From Aeropyrum pernix K1 (GTDB lineage Archaea; Thermoproteota; Thermoprotei_A; Sulfolobales; Acidilobaceae), in the NCBI RefSeq assembly GCF_000011125.1, contig NC_000854.2, positions 1,230,001 to 1,262,000 of the forward strand: a stretch of DNA of 32,000 nucleotides. The letters run 5' to 3'. The position numbers and the translations under genes were made by a program. The notes beneath the pieces are model-generated. The model saw only the letters and a program-made list of their open reading frames with translations, did not search any database and was not told where the DNA came from. Position 1 is the stretch's first letter. Each line of letters begins with the position of its first letter. Below, piece by piece: positions 8,645-18,412 of the stretch.

Positions 8645-9958
8645 CTATCTCGATAGCAGCTTTGCTATCTCATCCGCTATAACTGCGGCGACAATCTCCT
8701 TGTGGAAGGAGCCCTTTAACACAGCCTCCCCACTCTTATCAAGCATAAGAACGTCTAGAAGAGGGCTGGCGAACCCTACACCTTCGACACCCACTCTGTT
8801 AGCCACCACCAGGTCTGCATCATACTTCTCCATCTTCTCCAAAGCAGGGTCCCGCAGGCTGTCCAAATTATCCACATACTCTGCTGCAAATGCCACCAGA
8901 ACCTTCGGCCTCCTAGCTATACCCTCTAAGACCTTGGGTGTCGGCTCAAGCTCGAGAACCAGCCGCTGGCCGCTCCTTATCTTGCCCTCGAAAGCCCCGG
9001 CTGGCCTGAAGTCTACCGGGGCAGCCGCTGCAACCACAGCGTCATACTCCCTCTTGCTTGTCAGCTCCTCAACCGCAGCCGCCATATCTTCGGTAGTCTC
9101 CGTCTTCACAGTGTTAAACAGGTGAGGTATCTCAACACTTGTATACCCTGCCACCACATCGACCTCGGCGCCCCTGGCATAGAGTTCAAGAGCCGCCTCA
9201 AGACCCATGACTCCGCTACTGGGATTGGATATAAACCGGACCCTGTCAATCCACTCTCTCGTGGAGCCGAGAGTCACGAGCGCCCTAATGCCTTCGAGGT
9301 CGCGGAGGCCCTTCCTAGCCTGAGCAGCTGTTATCCTTCCCACAGCATGAGTATCAGGATACTTCGCCACTCCCCCCTCAATCTTGGGGTCAACAACTAG
9401 CACTCCCTGGCTTCTGAGCCTATCTACAACTTCCCTAGCCTGGGGGCTCTCATACATGTTGCCATGCATCGCCGGGACAGCAATAACAGGCTTACCATAC
9501 CCCATTATCGACACGGCAGCTAGAGCCACAGGATTATCAACTACCCCATGCGCGATCTTAGCCAGGGTGGAGAGTGTAGCCGGAGCCACAACCATGGCGG
9601 AGGCGGCTCTGGCTATTGATATGTGCTCGACCCCCCCGGTGAACCCGGTGTATACAGGCCCGCCAGAAGCCCAATGGAACATCTCCGGCGATACTAGCTT
9701 AGCGGCCTCCGGCGTCATAACAGTTATTACCCTAGCACCCCTTCTCAGCAGCCAGCGAGCCAGGTCTAGCGAGCGGTAGAGGGCGACGCTAGCCGTCACA
9801 CCCAGGACTATCGTCTTTCCTTCAATATAGTTGTTGACCTCCGACAGGATGTCCATGGAAGGATGTGTAACATAGTCGCTCAAATTCAGGCCACCTCTAC
9901 GGGCGGTGTTTACAGCTTCTCCTCTATAAGCTCTATATCCTCGGGCTTCAGCCTCCAC
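8645..9958 (-). CDS. coaBC: bifunctional phosphopantothenoylcysteine decarboxylase / phosphopantothenate-cysteine ligase
   Basis: LGVTASVALYRSLDLARWLLRRGA, MHGNMYESPQ, TLGSTREWIDRVRFISNPSSGVMG. Confidence 0.9.
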   Translation of the reverse strand: MEAEARGYRAYRGEAVNTARRGGLNLSDYVTHPSMDILSEVNNYIEGKTIVLGVTASVALYRSLDLARWLLRRGARVITVMTPEAAKLVSPEMFHWASGGPVYTGFTGGVEHISIARAASAMVVAPATLSTLAKIAHGVVDNPVALAAVSIMGYGKPVIAVPAMHGNMYESPQAREVVDRLRSQGVLVVDPKIEGGVAKYPDTHAVGRITAAQARKGLRDLEGIRALVTLGSTREWIDRVRFISNPSSGVMGLEAALELYARGAEVDVVAGYTSVEIPHLFNTVKTETTEDMAAAVEELTSKREYDAVVAAAAPVDFRPAGAFEGKIRSGQRLVLELEPTPKVLEGIARRPKVLVAFAAEYVDNLDSLRDPALEKMEKYDADLVVANRVGVEGVGFASPLLDVLMLDKSGEAVLKGSFHKEIVAAVIADEIAKLLSR

Positions 9959-10782
9959 CCCAATGAGCCTAGAATCTCGTCGACATGCTCCCTCCTCTCG
10001 GCCTTCGGTATCGCTATGAAGTTTGGACGCGACACTATGAAGTTAAGTGCCACCTGAACGGGCGTCTTGCCGTATTGTCTACCTATCTTAGCCAGAAGCC
10101 TAACCTCGGCTACATGACCCCTCTCCAGAGGCGAGTAAGCCTCGAGGAGTATAGACTTCTCCACGGCCAGGGGGATTAGCTCCTCGGCGCGCCTGTCGAG
10201 CACGCTGTACTTAACCTGGTTAACCACTATCTCGTGCTTTTTAGTAGCGGTAAGAGCCTCCTCAAGCTGTTCCTTAGAGAAGTTGCTCACACCAATATAG
10301 CGTGCTAGACCAGCCTCTGCTATGGCCTCTAGACTTTTAACCTGGTCTTTAATGGGCGTCTGTGGGTCTGGCCAGTGTATAAGGATTATGTCTACGTAGC
10401 TAACCCCCATCCTCTCGGCGCTGGCCCGCGCAGCCTTCACAGCCTCGTCGGGGTCTCTAAACCTGAAGGGATAGAGCTTGGTGACAACATAAACTCTATC
10501 CCTGCCAACACTCCTTAGCACCTTGCCCACGAACCTCTCGGCCTCGCCAGCCCCGTACATCTCAGCCGTGTCTATGTGGTTTATACCCCTCTCTATCGCG
10601 TAGACATAGGATTCCAGCGCCGAGGAATAATCCCTGATAGCCCAGGTGCCCAGGCCAACTGCTGAGAGCCGCTCCTTCGTCTTGCCGATTGGTTTGAAGT
10701 CGTTGTAGTCGATAGGGAAAAGCGGCATGACCGCAACCCCAAGTATAATTCGGGTCTCAGTGAACGGTTTTATCGGTAACAA
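9910..10782 (-). CDS. aldo/keto reductase
   Basis: [53 protein letters not shown]; 5' overlap with the coaBC start region implies a tight operon. Confidence 0.92.
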   Translation of the reverse strand: MLPIKPFTETRIILGVAVMPLFPIDYNDFKPIGKTKERLSAVGLGTWAIRDYSSALESYVYAIERGINHIDTAEMYGAGEAERFVGKVLRSVGRDRVYVVTKLYPFRFRDPDEAVKAARASAERMGVSYVDIILIHWPDPQTPIKDQVKSLEAIAEAGLARYIGVSNFSKEQLEEALTATKKHEIVVNQVKYSVLDRRAEELIPLAVEKSILLEAYSPLERGHVAEVRLLAKIGRQYGKTPVQVALNFIVSRPNFIAIPKAERREHVDEILGSLGWRLKPEDIELIEEKL

Positions 10783-10797
10783 GAATATAGTGTTAAC

Positions 10798-12129
10798 TTG
10801 GTGGACGGCTTGAAAGAGCTTGACCTTTCAGACCCCCTATCCATGGTCCTTAAGATAGCAGAGCTGACGACGAGGCATAACGTTTGGAGGCTCAGGGAGT
10901 CTATAAATCTCATAGCCTCTGAAAACGTTATGAGTCTCACAGCTCTCAAGGCATATTTAAGCGACTTCATGTTCAGATACGCAGAAGGTAAGCCATTTAA
11001 GAGATACTACCAGGGAACCCGCTATATTGACGAGCTAGAGGTGCTCACCGGAGAGTTAATGGGTAGCATGATGGGTACTAATCTAGTGGAGCTCAGGCCT
11101 GTGAGCGGTACAATAGCAAACGCAAGCGTCTTCAGGGTACTGGCTGAGCCTGGGGACAAGGCTGTCATAGCCCCGGTGCAGGCCGGAGCCCACGTAAGCC
11201 ACACAAAGTTCGGCACACTGGGTGCTCTAGGTATAGAGCAGGTCTCGATGCCCTACGATGAGGAGAACATGAATGTCGATGTTGACAAGGCTGTGAAGCT
11301 CATAGAGGAGGTCAAGCCGAGGTTCGCTGTCCTAGGTGGCAGCGTCTACATCTTCCCACACCCCACCAGGGAGATAGCAGAGGCTATACACAGCGTCGGA
11401 GGCAAGCTAATCTACGACGCAGCCCACGTGCTGGGGCTAATAATGGGTGGGGCCTGGCCCAACCCCCTGGAAAGGGGGGCTGACGCGGTTACAGGCTCTA
11501 CACACAAAACCTTCCCAGGACCACAGGGCGGGGCAGTGTTCTTCAGGGACGAGCAACTCTACAAGAAGGTCTCGAAAACCATCTTCCCCTGGTGGGTAAG
11601 CAACCACCACCTACATAGGATACCCGCCACTGCTATAACCGCTGTGGAGATGAAGCTCTACGGGAGGGACTACGCATCCCAGGTTACAAGCAATGCCAGG
11701 AAACTGGCCGAAGCCCTAGCCGCTGAAGGGCTAAAGGTTATAGGCGAGCACCTAGGATACACCAGGAGCCACCAAGTCGTAGTGGATGTAAGGGATCTAG
11801 GGGGAGGGGCCAAGTGCGCCAGTTTACTAGAAGAGTCTAACATAATAGTGAACAAGAACCTACTCCCATGGGATCCCCCCGAGGCTGTCAAAGACCCGAG
11901 CGGAATCAGGATAGGGGTTCAAGAGGTCACAAGGCTAGGTATGAAGCATGGGGAGATGGAGGAGATAGCCAAACTTATACGCAAGGTTCTCATTGACAAA
12001 GAGGACCCGAAGAAGGTGGCAGAACAGGTGAAGGAATTCAGAAAACAGTTCATGAAAATACACTACAGCCTCGACGACAAGGATGTTAGGATAGACACTA
12101 TAGCAGACATACTTAGCCTGGCCCAGTAG
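10798..12129 (+). CDS. glyA: serine hydroxymethyltransferase
   Basis: [50 protein letters not shown]. Confidence 0.95.
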   Translation: MVDGLKELDLSDPLSMVLKIAELTTRHNVWRLRESINLIASENVMSLTALKAYLSDFMFRYAEGKPFKRYYQGTRYIDELEVLTGELMGSMMGTNLVELRPVSGTIANASVFRVLAEPGDKAVIAPVQAGAHVSHTKFGTLGALGIEQVSMPYDEENMNVDVDKAVKLIEEVKPRFAVLGGSVYIFPHPTREIAEAIHSVGGKLIYDAAHVLGLIMGGAWPNPLERGADAVTGSTHKTFPGPQGGAVFFRDEQLYKKVSKTIFPWWVSNHHLHRIPATAITAVEMKLYGRDYASQVTSNARKLAEALAAEGLKVIGEHLGYTRSHQVVVDVRDLGGGAKCASLLEESNIIVNKNLLPWDPPEAVKDPSGIRIGVQEVTRLGMKHGEMEEIAKLIRKVLIDKEDPKKVAEQVKEFRKQFMKIHYSLDDKDVRIDTIADILSLAQ

Positions 12130-12130
12130 C

Positions 12131-12290
12131 CGATGTTGAAGCCTAAGAGGGGAGCCCAGGTAGAAACGGGGAAAAGACCCCTATTCGGAATACATTATCC
12201 TCGGGGGCTGCGCCGGCCCGTGGGACCAGCCCGTGGCTCGGGTGGGGATGACCAACGGGTACTAGGCCCCCCACACGCTTTTACAACTAG
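12131..12290. ncRNA. possible structured RNA or attenuator downstream of glyA
   Basis: GGGG-AAAAGA-CCCC (12168-12181) and long-range GGGGGC(12203-12208)/GCCCCC(12266-12271) pairing followed by GCTTTTA. Confidence 0.25.
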
Positions 12291-12436
12291 TCCTTCAGGC
12301 TTTGGGAGCAACCCACATGTTTTCTATTAAGTGATAATAGTAAACCACTGCAGGCTTCTCAGTCTGCTTTCCCTATCCTCTACCTCCATAGACGGGTTAG
12401 ACGCGGTACATCTGAATATCTAAATAGAACCTAGGC

Positions 12437-13636
12437 GTGATGTTTTCTTTAGGTGGACCCCGTTTGGTTGACTTTGTTTTCCCCCGTAGGATAGTGTATA
12501 ATGAGAGCCTCCCTAGGGCTCTTGAGACGCTTCTAGGGGATAAGGGTGTTAAACATGTCCTAGTGGTTACTGACGGTAAAGTCGCAGCTATGAGCTGGTT
12601 TAAAGAAGCGGTTGAGCATGTAGCCAGTCTCGGTGTAGAAGTGTGTATCTTTGACGGTGTTACCCCTGAGCCGGAGTTTGATGTGGGAGACGCTATAGCA
12701 TCGGAGGCTAGGAGGTGCCGGGCTGAGGCTATAGTGGCTGTGGGTGGAGGCAGTGTAATAGACGCGGCTAAGGCTGGGTTTGTGAAGTTTGTCAGGCCTG
12801 ATGCCGACCTGGAGGGCCTAGCGCCCTTCAACTACCTAGGCCTTGAAGACTCTGGCATAGTACTGGTAGCTGTTCCCACGACGAGCGGTACTGGCAGCGA
12901 CGCCAGCTATGGTATAGTCCTCACAAAGCGGGTTAACGGTGGTAGAGAGAAGATTGCTGTGGGCAGCTACGAGGTAGTACCCTACGCCTCAATACTCGAC
13001 CCCTCAATAACACTTGGCATGCCGGAAAGATTGACCGTAGGTACGGCTGTTGACGCGCTGGCTCACAGTGTGGAGGCTATAGCCTCCACAAACGCCAACC
13101 CGCTCTCCGACGCTTTAGCGGCTAAGGCGGCTGAGATAGTCTTCAGGAGGCTGCCAGAGGTTGTGAATGACCCAGGCAACTATGATGCTAGGGCTGAGAT
13201 GCATATCGCAGCCACAATGGCTGGTATGGCGTTCACAAACTCCGGCCTCGGCCTAGCCCACGCGATAGCACACCCCCTCGGCGCGAGGCTTGGAACGCAC
13301 CATGGAGCCACAGTGGGTATGGTTCTCCCCCATGTGGTCAGGTTCAACGAGTCAAGGAGTGACTATGCGAGGAGGAAGTATTGGGAGCTAAAGCTACTGC
13401 TCGAGTCCCTACTTGGCCTTGAAGAAAGGGGGAGCCTAGCCGACCATATAGAAGAATTATATGCCAGGGTGGGGCAGCCCACGAGGGTTAGAGAGCTTGC
13501 GGGTATTGAGAGGGAAAGATATCTTACCTTGGCCGACGAGGTTGCAGAAGCCGCCTTCAGAGACCCGGAACTGGCCTTCAACCCTGTTATGCCAACTATG
13601 GAAGATGTAAAAACGCTACTGTACAATATGTATTAA
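12437..13636 (+). CDS. iron-containing alcohol dehydrogenase family protein
   Basis: AIVAVGGGSVIDAAKA, VPTTSGTGSDAS, GTAVDALAHSVEA, GLGLAHAIAHPLGARLGTHHG; TATA-like ATCTAAATAG upstream. Confidence 0.92.
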   Translation: MMFSLGGPRLVDFVFPRRIVYNESLPRALETLLGDKGVKHVLVVTDGKVAAMSWFKEAVEHVASLGVEVCIFDGVTPEPEFDVGDAIASEARRCRAEAIVAVGGGSVIDAAKAGFVKFVRPDADLEGLAPFNYLGLEDSGIVLVAVPTTSGTGSDASYGIVLTKRVNGGREKIAVGSYEVVPYASILDPSITLGMPERLTVGTAVDALAHSVEAIASTNANPLSDALAAKAAEIVFRRLPEVVNDPGNYDARAEMHIAATMAGMAFTNSGLGLAHAIAHPLGARLGTHHGATVGMVLPHVVRFNESRSDYARRKYWELKLLLESLLGLEERGSLADHIEELYARVGQPTRVRELAGIERERYLTLADEVAEAAFRDPELAFNPVMPTMEDVKTLLYNMY

Positions 13637-13661
13637 TGCCTGCTTGTAAGCCCAGCTTCGG

Positions 13662-14072
13662 GTGGACGCGATGGTTCAGCCCAGGTTTCCAAGCAAAGAG
13701 TGGGCGGAGGAGTTCTGCAAAACACTAGACTCATCGGAAAAGTATAGGAGCGCCGCCAAAGGCTGGGTGCACCCCATACTATTCAAGATAAGCGATGGAG
13801 GTCAGGGGTTTATACTTGACCTCAAGGACGGTAGGTGCCTTGGCGTCCAGTGGTTTGACGATACCAGTAGAGCTGACGCGCCAGTTATAATTTCAGGGAG
13901 GCTTAGCGACTGGCTGGACGTGATAAACGGTAAGGTTAACCCGTTAACAGCCCTCCTAACGAGAAGGCTCAGAATAGAGAAGGGAGACCTCTCCCTAATA
14001 CTCCGCTACTCAGCCGCCGCTGTAGCTATGGTGTCCGCAGCGCAGAGGGTGGGAGTGTCTGGCCAGCAATAG
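13662..14072 (+). CDS. SCP2 sterol-binding-domain-like protein
   Basis: KISDGGQGFILDLKDGRC...APVIISGRLSDWLDVINGKVNPLTALLTRRLRIEKGDLSLILRY. Confidence 0.6.
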   Translation: MDAMVQPRFPSKEWAEEFCKTLDSSEKYRSAAKGWVHPILFKISDGGQGFILDLKDGRCLGVQWFDDTSRADAPVIISGRLSDWLDVINGKVNPLTALLTRRLRIEKGDLSLILRYSAAAVAMVSAAQRVGVSGQQ

Positions 14073-14182
14073 CTTAACCCTAGAGGACAAAGGGTCGCCG
14101 GCCTAAAGCCTCATCACATATTCAGTAGAGGCCGAGACTAGCCCGCTCATCCCGAATTGTAAAATAGATGATGTGTAAAACC

Positions 14183-14557
14183 CTATATAGAGCTGTCGAG
14201 GGCCTTATTGCCGCACAGCCTCGAGACAACGCCTCTGACAGCGGCTAAGCTTCCTCTGAGCGAGCTACCAATAGCGTCGTTCTCATCCATCCCAATCATC
14301 CTCATATTGACTAGCCTCTCCACCTCGCACGCCTCATTGGAAGCCGATATGAGCCTCCCTTCCTCGAGCTTCTCGGCTATGCTCTTCAGCCCCTCCCTTA
14401 TATAGGCGAATGTGAAGATCCACTTATCAACCTGCTCCGAATACTGGCTGCCCAACCTGCGTTTGAGCCTCTCAAGCTTTATTATAACGTCCTCCACAAC
14501 ATCCATCAACGCCTCCACCTCAACAGAAGTAATCCCAGCCACCACTACAGCCAGCAC
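14183..14557 (-). CDS. hypothetical helical protein
   Basis: 124-aa ORF track entry in an otherwise unoccupied interval. Confidence 0.45.
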   Translation of the reverse strand: MLAVVVAGITSVEVEALMDVVEDVIIKLERLKRRLGSQYSEQVDKWIFTFAYIREGLKSIAEKLEEGRLISASNEACEVERLVNMRMIGMDENDAIGSSLRGSLAAVRGVVSRLCGNKALDSSI

Positions 14558-14723
14558 CTCCTCCAGCCGCGTGCACCTACAAGGGGGCAGGTGCGGCTGG
14601 CTACCCTCAAGGAGATCGATTCCACCGTTTTGTGCTAATAACGTGGAAGGGAGGGTTAGGCCTAGGTATAGGCTAAAAATCCCGGGAAACTGAAGTTGTC
14701 GACCTCCTGCTTAGGAGCCGCGG

Positions 14724-15053
14724 CTACATTAGGAGGAAGACTTGGTTAACCAGGTCCTGGAAGTCCCTCGGCAGAACCTTTCTCCGGCGCGTATATGTGT
14801 CGTAAGCGTTCTCAAGGAACTTTATGAATATCGGACAGTTCTCATACCTGCCCTCACGATCACACTTTCCAAGGCCGCCCACGACGGTGGGATATAGTAG
14901 ACACTGTCCTGTCTTCTTATCGAAGTACGGGCATAGCTTGTGATACCTCCTAGCACTCTTAATCATCTTCACGACCCACTGCTTCTTGGGGGACTCCTCC
15001 CCCTTCTCGACCCCCTCGAACTCCTCCTGGCCAGCGCCAGACCCGCTTGCCAT
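14724..15053 (-). CDS. small four-cysteine protein, putative metal or Fe-S binding
   Basis: KLCPYFDKKTGQCLLYPTVVGGLGKCDREGRYENCPIFIKF. Confidence 0.7.
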   Translation of the reverse strand: MASGSGAGQEEFEGVEKGEESPKKQWVVKMIKSARRYHKLCPYFDKKTGQCLLYPTVVGGLGKCDREGRYENCPIFIKFLENAYDTYTRRRKVLPRDFQDLVNQVFLLM

Positions 15054-15178
15054 GCTAGCCCCACCCCCTACACCCTACTCGTCTAATACACTATCCTCCA
15101 GTCGAAATATCAATTATTTCGTTACACCCTATTACAAAATAGAGTGTTAAACCAGTCCAAGCCCGGCTGGACCGAGGT

Positions 15179-15775
15179 TTATAGGGCTAGTAGTAGTATC
15201 GAAGATGCTATCATAACCGCCCACCAAGTAGGGGTTGCCCTGAATATCTTGCTTCCGTCAAGCGGGGGCACCGGCAACAGGTTGAAGAAGGCGAACCACG
15301 CATTCACATCCACAACAGCCCTCAGGTAGGCTACCAGCGTTGCTGGTGCAAACTGCAGCGCAACGGCGGCTGCAAGGGCTAGGGCAATATTCACTGCAGG
15401 TCCTGCCGCCACAGAGTATAGAAAGCCCTTTGGATGCGCCCAGCCCGTATGGATACTTCTCACATAGCCCGGCGCCAAAACTATTATGAACGGTACTAGC
15501 CCGGAGAGGAAAGTTATCAGCAGGCCGGGCCCGTAGGCTATGAACTCCGACTTCATACCCATCCTTATAGCCACCAGCTTGTGGGCCGCCTCATGCAGCA
15601 CGAACCCAAGGAACACGGCCACAAAGTCTGGTGAGACGAAGAACCTGGGGCTCAGGACCTCCCAGCTGCCCCAAGCGAAAGCCACTGCAGCAAGCCCTAG
15701 TATCCATGAAACAGGCTCCTCTACCTCCACGTTAACTATCCTATCAAAACTTCTAAAGCCGCCACCATAGCCCAA
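15179..15775 (-). CDS. site-2-protease-like M50 family membrane metalloprotease
   Basis: LHEAAHKLVAIRMG (HExxH) and FNLLPVPPLDGSKI with hydrophobic segments. Confidence 0.88.
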   Translation of the reverse strand: MGYGGGFRSFDRIVNVEVEEPVSWILGLAAVAFAWGSWEVLSPRFFVSPDFVAVFLGFVLHEAAHKLVAIRMGMKSEFIAYGPGLLITFLSGLVPFIIVLAPGYVRSIHTGWAHPKGFLYSVAAGPAVNIALALAAAVALQFAPATLVAYLRAVVDVNAWFAFFNLLPVPPLDGSKIFRATPTWWAVMIASSILLLAL

Positions 15776-15915
15776 GCCACCGTCACCCCCAAGGCATCAG
15801 GCTAAATCCAGCACCCGACACGCAAGCCAGAGGGCCAGCCGCCATGCCCGCAAACGTTCTTTATACACTGTATTGTGTATTTTACCCCTGCTCTCTATCC
15901 TTGTCTGCAGCAGGT

Positions 15916-16866
15916 TTAACCTAGCATCACTACAGTGCCAGCCTGGAGAGAGAGGACCTGGCGGGCCTCTTCAAGGCTGCCTATTACAGCAGGTTTTCCA
16001 GTACGCTCGACGAAGCTTATTGCAGCTTCAACTTTGGGCCCCATACTACCCGGCGGGAAGTGACCCTCCCTAAGGTACTTCTTCAACTCGCTCGCAGCAG
16101 CCCTTCTCAGCCACCTCTCACCTTCCCTACCATAGTTAACCGCCACCCCGGGGACGTCAGTCAGTATCACCAGAAGATCCGCGTTGAGCTGGGTTGCGAG
16201 AAGGCTTGAGGCTAAGTCCTTATCCACGACTGCCTCAACAGGCTCCAGCACGCCGCCAGGGCGCTCCACCACTGGCACGCCGCCTCCCCCCAGAGCCACA
16301 ACCGCCGGCGACTCGGCACTAGCCTCGGCTATAAGGTCTCTGTCAACTATTGACACCGGCCTGGGGCTGGGTACTACCCTCCTGAAGCCGCCGCGAGGGT
16401 CTCTCTTAAACACCCAGCCATACCTTCTTGAGAGTTCCTCCGCCTCTTCCCTGCCGTAGATCGGCCCTACGGGTTTAGACGGGTTGTTGAAGGAGGGGTC
16501 GCTAACATCGACCAGAACTCTTGATATCACGACTGGCACCAGCACATTCAAACCTCGCCTCCTCAGCTCCTCCTCGAGGGAATGTTTGAGAAGGAGGCCT
16601 ATCCAAGCCTGCGTCATGGCTGTGGCTATGTAGAGGGGCTGCCTAGGCCTTTCGGGAGGAAGAGCCTCGAAAGCCTCAGACAGATACCCGACCTGCGGTC
16701 CGTTGCCATGCGTTATAACAGACCGCCACCCGTCCGCCAGAACGTCGGCTATGATGGAGGAAGCCCTCTTAACCGCGGCCGTCTGGCTCTCCACACTCAC
16801 ATCCATACCGGGGCCGGCGATGGCGTTGCCGCCCAGCGCTATAACGGCAAGCCTACCACTATCCAC
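15916..16866 (-). CDS. arcC: carbamate kinase
   Basis: VIALGGNAI, SVESQTAAVKRASSIIADVLADGWRSVITHGNGPQVGYL, KVEAAISFVERTGKPAVIGSL. Confidence 0.93.
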   Translation of the reverse strand: MDSGRLAVIALGGNAIAGPGMDVSVESQTAAVKRASSIIADVLADGWRSVITHGNGPQVGYLSEAFEALPPERPRQPLYIATAMTQAWIGLLLKHSLEEELRRRGLNVLVPVVISRVLVDVSDPSFNNPSKPVGPIYGREEAEELSRRYGWVFKRDPRGGFRRVVPSPRPVSIVDRDLIAEASAESPAVVALGGGGVPVVERPGGVLEPVEAVVDKDLASSLLATQLNADLLVILTDVPGVAVNYGREGERWLRRAAASELKKYLREGHFPPGSMGPKVEAAISFVERTGKPAVIGSLEEARQVLSLQAGTVVMLG

Positions 16867-16897
16867 AGGGGCCCACCTAGCCCGGCTCCCTTTTGGC

Positions 16898-18259
16898 TTA
16901 TATCAGGGGAAGCCTATCCTTTACCCTATCCAGAAACATATCTACGAGCTCCTCGAGAGTGGGCCCCTTGACTATCTTGACCTCGAACCTAGCCTTAACA
17001 ACCGGCTTGTTAAGGTTCAGCAGCCTCTCAAGATCTATCGGGGTGCCCGAGACTATCACGTCTGCAGGGACGCTGTTAAGAGTCTCCTCGAGATCCCTGA
17101 GCTGGCTGGGCGTGTAGCCCGTGCTCGGCACTACAGGGCCCATGTGGGGGTACTCCCTGTACATCTCGGCTATAACACCCTTAGCATACGGGCGGGGGTC
17201 TACTATCTCGGCTGCAGAGTACTTCTCGGCCGCCACATACCCGGCTCCATAGGGTGCACCCCCATGTGTGACAGTGGGGGAGTCCTCCACCACCACAACC
17301 CTCTTACCGCTTATCATTTCAGGGTTATCAACCTCAACATCGCTCACAGCCTCAGATATGAGAGCCTTGGGGTTAATGCTCCTGACGTTCTCCTCAATCC
17401 TCCGGACATTCTCCTCAGGAGCCCTGTCAACCTTGTTTATTATCACCGCGTCAGCCAGCCTGACATTAACCTCTCCAGGGAAGCTCCCCACCTCCTGTCC
17501 AGGCCTCAGGGCGTCGGCTACAGTTATCATGAAGTCCGGCTTAAAGAAGGGTAGGTCGTTGTTGCCTCCATCCCACAGTATTATGTCAGATTCCTTCTCA
17601 ACCTCTCTGAGGACGGCGCCGTAGTCGACGCCCGCGTAGACGGTGAAGCCCATTTTAATATAAGCCTCGTACTCCTCCCTCTCCTCCACAGTGACACCAT
17701 ACCTATCCAGGTCCTCGAGAGACTCGAACCTCTGCACAGCTATGTCGGGGGTTATAGCGACATAAACCATGGGGTGCCTCACGGGCACTACACGATAGCC
17801 CTTCCCCCTCATTATCCTGGCTATAGCCCTGGAGACCGTGCTCTTCCCCGCCCCAGTCCTCACGGCGGTTACCGCTATAACAGGCTTCGACGTGAGGAGC
17901 ATGGTCTCCCGGGGCCCGATTATCTTGAAGCTAGCCCCTGCTGAGAGCACCCTGCTCACTATCCTCCCGACATCTTCATAGCTTAGATCGCTGTAGGCTA
18001 GGACAGCCAGATCCACCGCCTGGTCCCTTATAATTTTCTCCAGGTCCTCCTCGGGTAGGATTGGTATGCCGGAGGGGTAGAGGCTGCCTGCAAGCTCCGG
18101 AGGATAGCGCCTGCCAGCCACACCTGGTATCTGGGCGGCCGTGAAGGCGACGACCCTGTAGGATGGGTTGTCCCTGAACACCACGTTAAAGTTGTGGAAG
18201 TCCCTACCCCCCGCGCCTAGAATGAGAACTCTTTTAGGCGAGCCGGGCATTGTGAACAC
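16898..18259 (-). CDS. cyclic 2,3-diphosphoglycerate synthetase / GTPase family protein
   Basis: ILGAGGRDFHNFNVVFRDNPSYRVVAFTAAQIPGVAGRRYPPELAG; TAVRTGAGKSTVSRAI P-loop; start may be the internal ATG of MPGSPKR. Confidence 0.8.
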   Translation of the reverse strand: MFTMPGSPKRVLILGAGGRDFHNFNVVFRDNPSYRVVAFTAAQIPGVAGRRYPPELAGSLYPSGIPILPEEDLEKIIRDQAVDLAVLAYSDLSYEDVGRIVSRVLSAGASFKIIGPRETMLLTSKPVIAVTAVRTGAGKSTVSRAIARIMRGKGYRVVPVRHPMVYVAITPDIAVQRFESLEDLDRYGVTVEEREEYEAYIKMGFTVYAGVDYGAVLREVEKESDIILWDGGNNDLPFFKPDFMITVADALRPGQEVGSFPGEVNVRLADAVIINKVDRAPEENVRRIEENVRSINPKALISEAVSDVEVDNPEMISGKRVVVVEDSPTVTHGGAPYGAGYVAAEKYSAAEIVDPRPYAKGVIAEMYREYPHMGPVVPSTGYTPSQLRDLEETLNSVPADVIVSGTPIDLERLLNLNKPVVKARFEVKIVKGPTLEELVDMFLDRVKDRLPLI

Positions 18260-18412
18260 CAGCCAGGATTTTGATACAACGGTATCCAGGCTCTTATACT
18301 ATAGATACATTTGTAACCCAAGCAGTTATACTTACGTGGGATCGCGTGTCTCGCGGTGGCAGTAGGGCCTAAGCAATTTAAGAACCCGCCTTTAACCCGA
18401 ATCCCAGATTAG

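Noticed and set aside
12133-12330. 65-aa ORF MLKPKRGAQVETGKRPLF...
   Set aside because: Short, basic and proline/glycine-rich, with no recognisable motif; overlaps a predicted structured segment.
14111-14153. Possible C/D box sRNA on the minus strand (GGGATGA...CTGA...GTGATGA)
   Set aside because: Box C is weak and no terminal D box (CTGA) follows at the expected distance.
16703-17554. 283-aa ORF on + strand
   Set aside because: Antisense to the well-supported arcC and cDPG-synthetase-family genes; compositionally a shadow ORF of GC-rich coding sequence.
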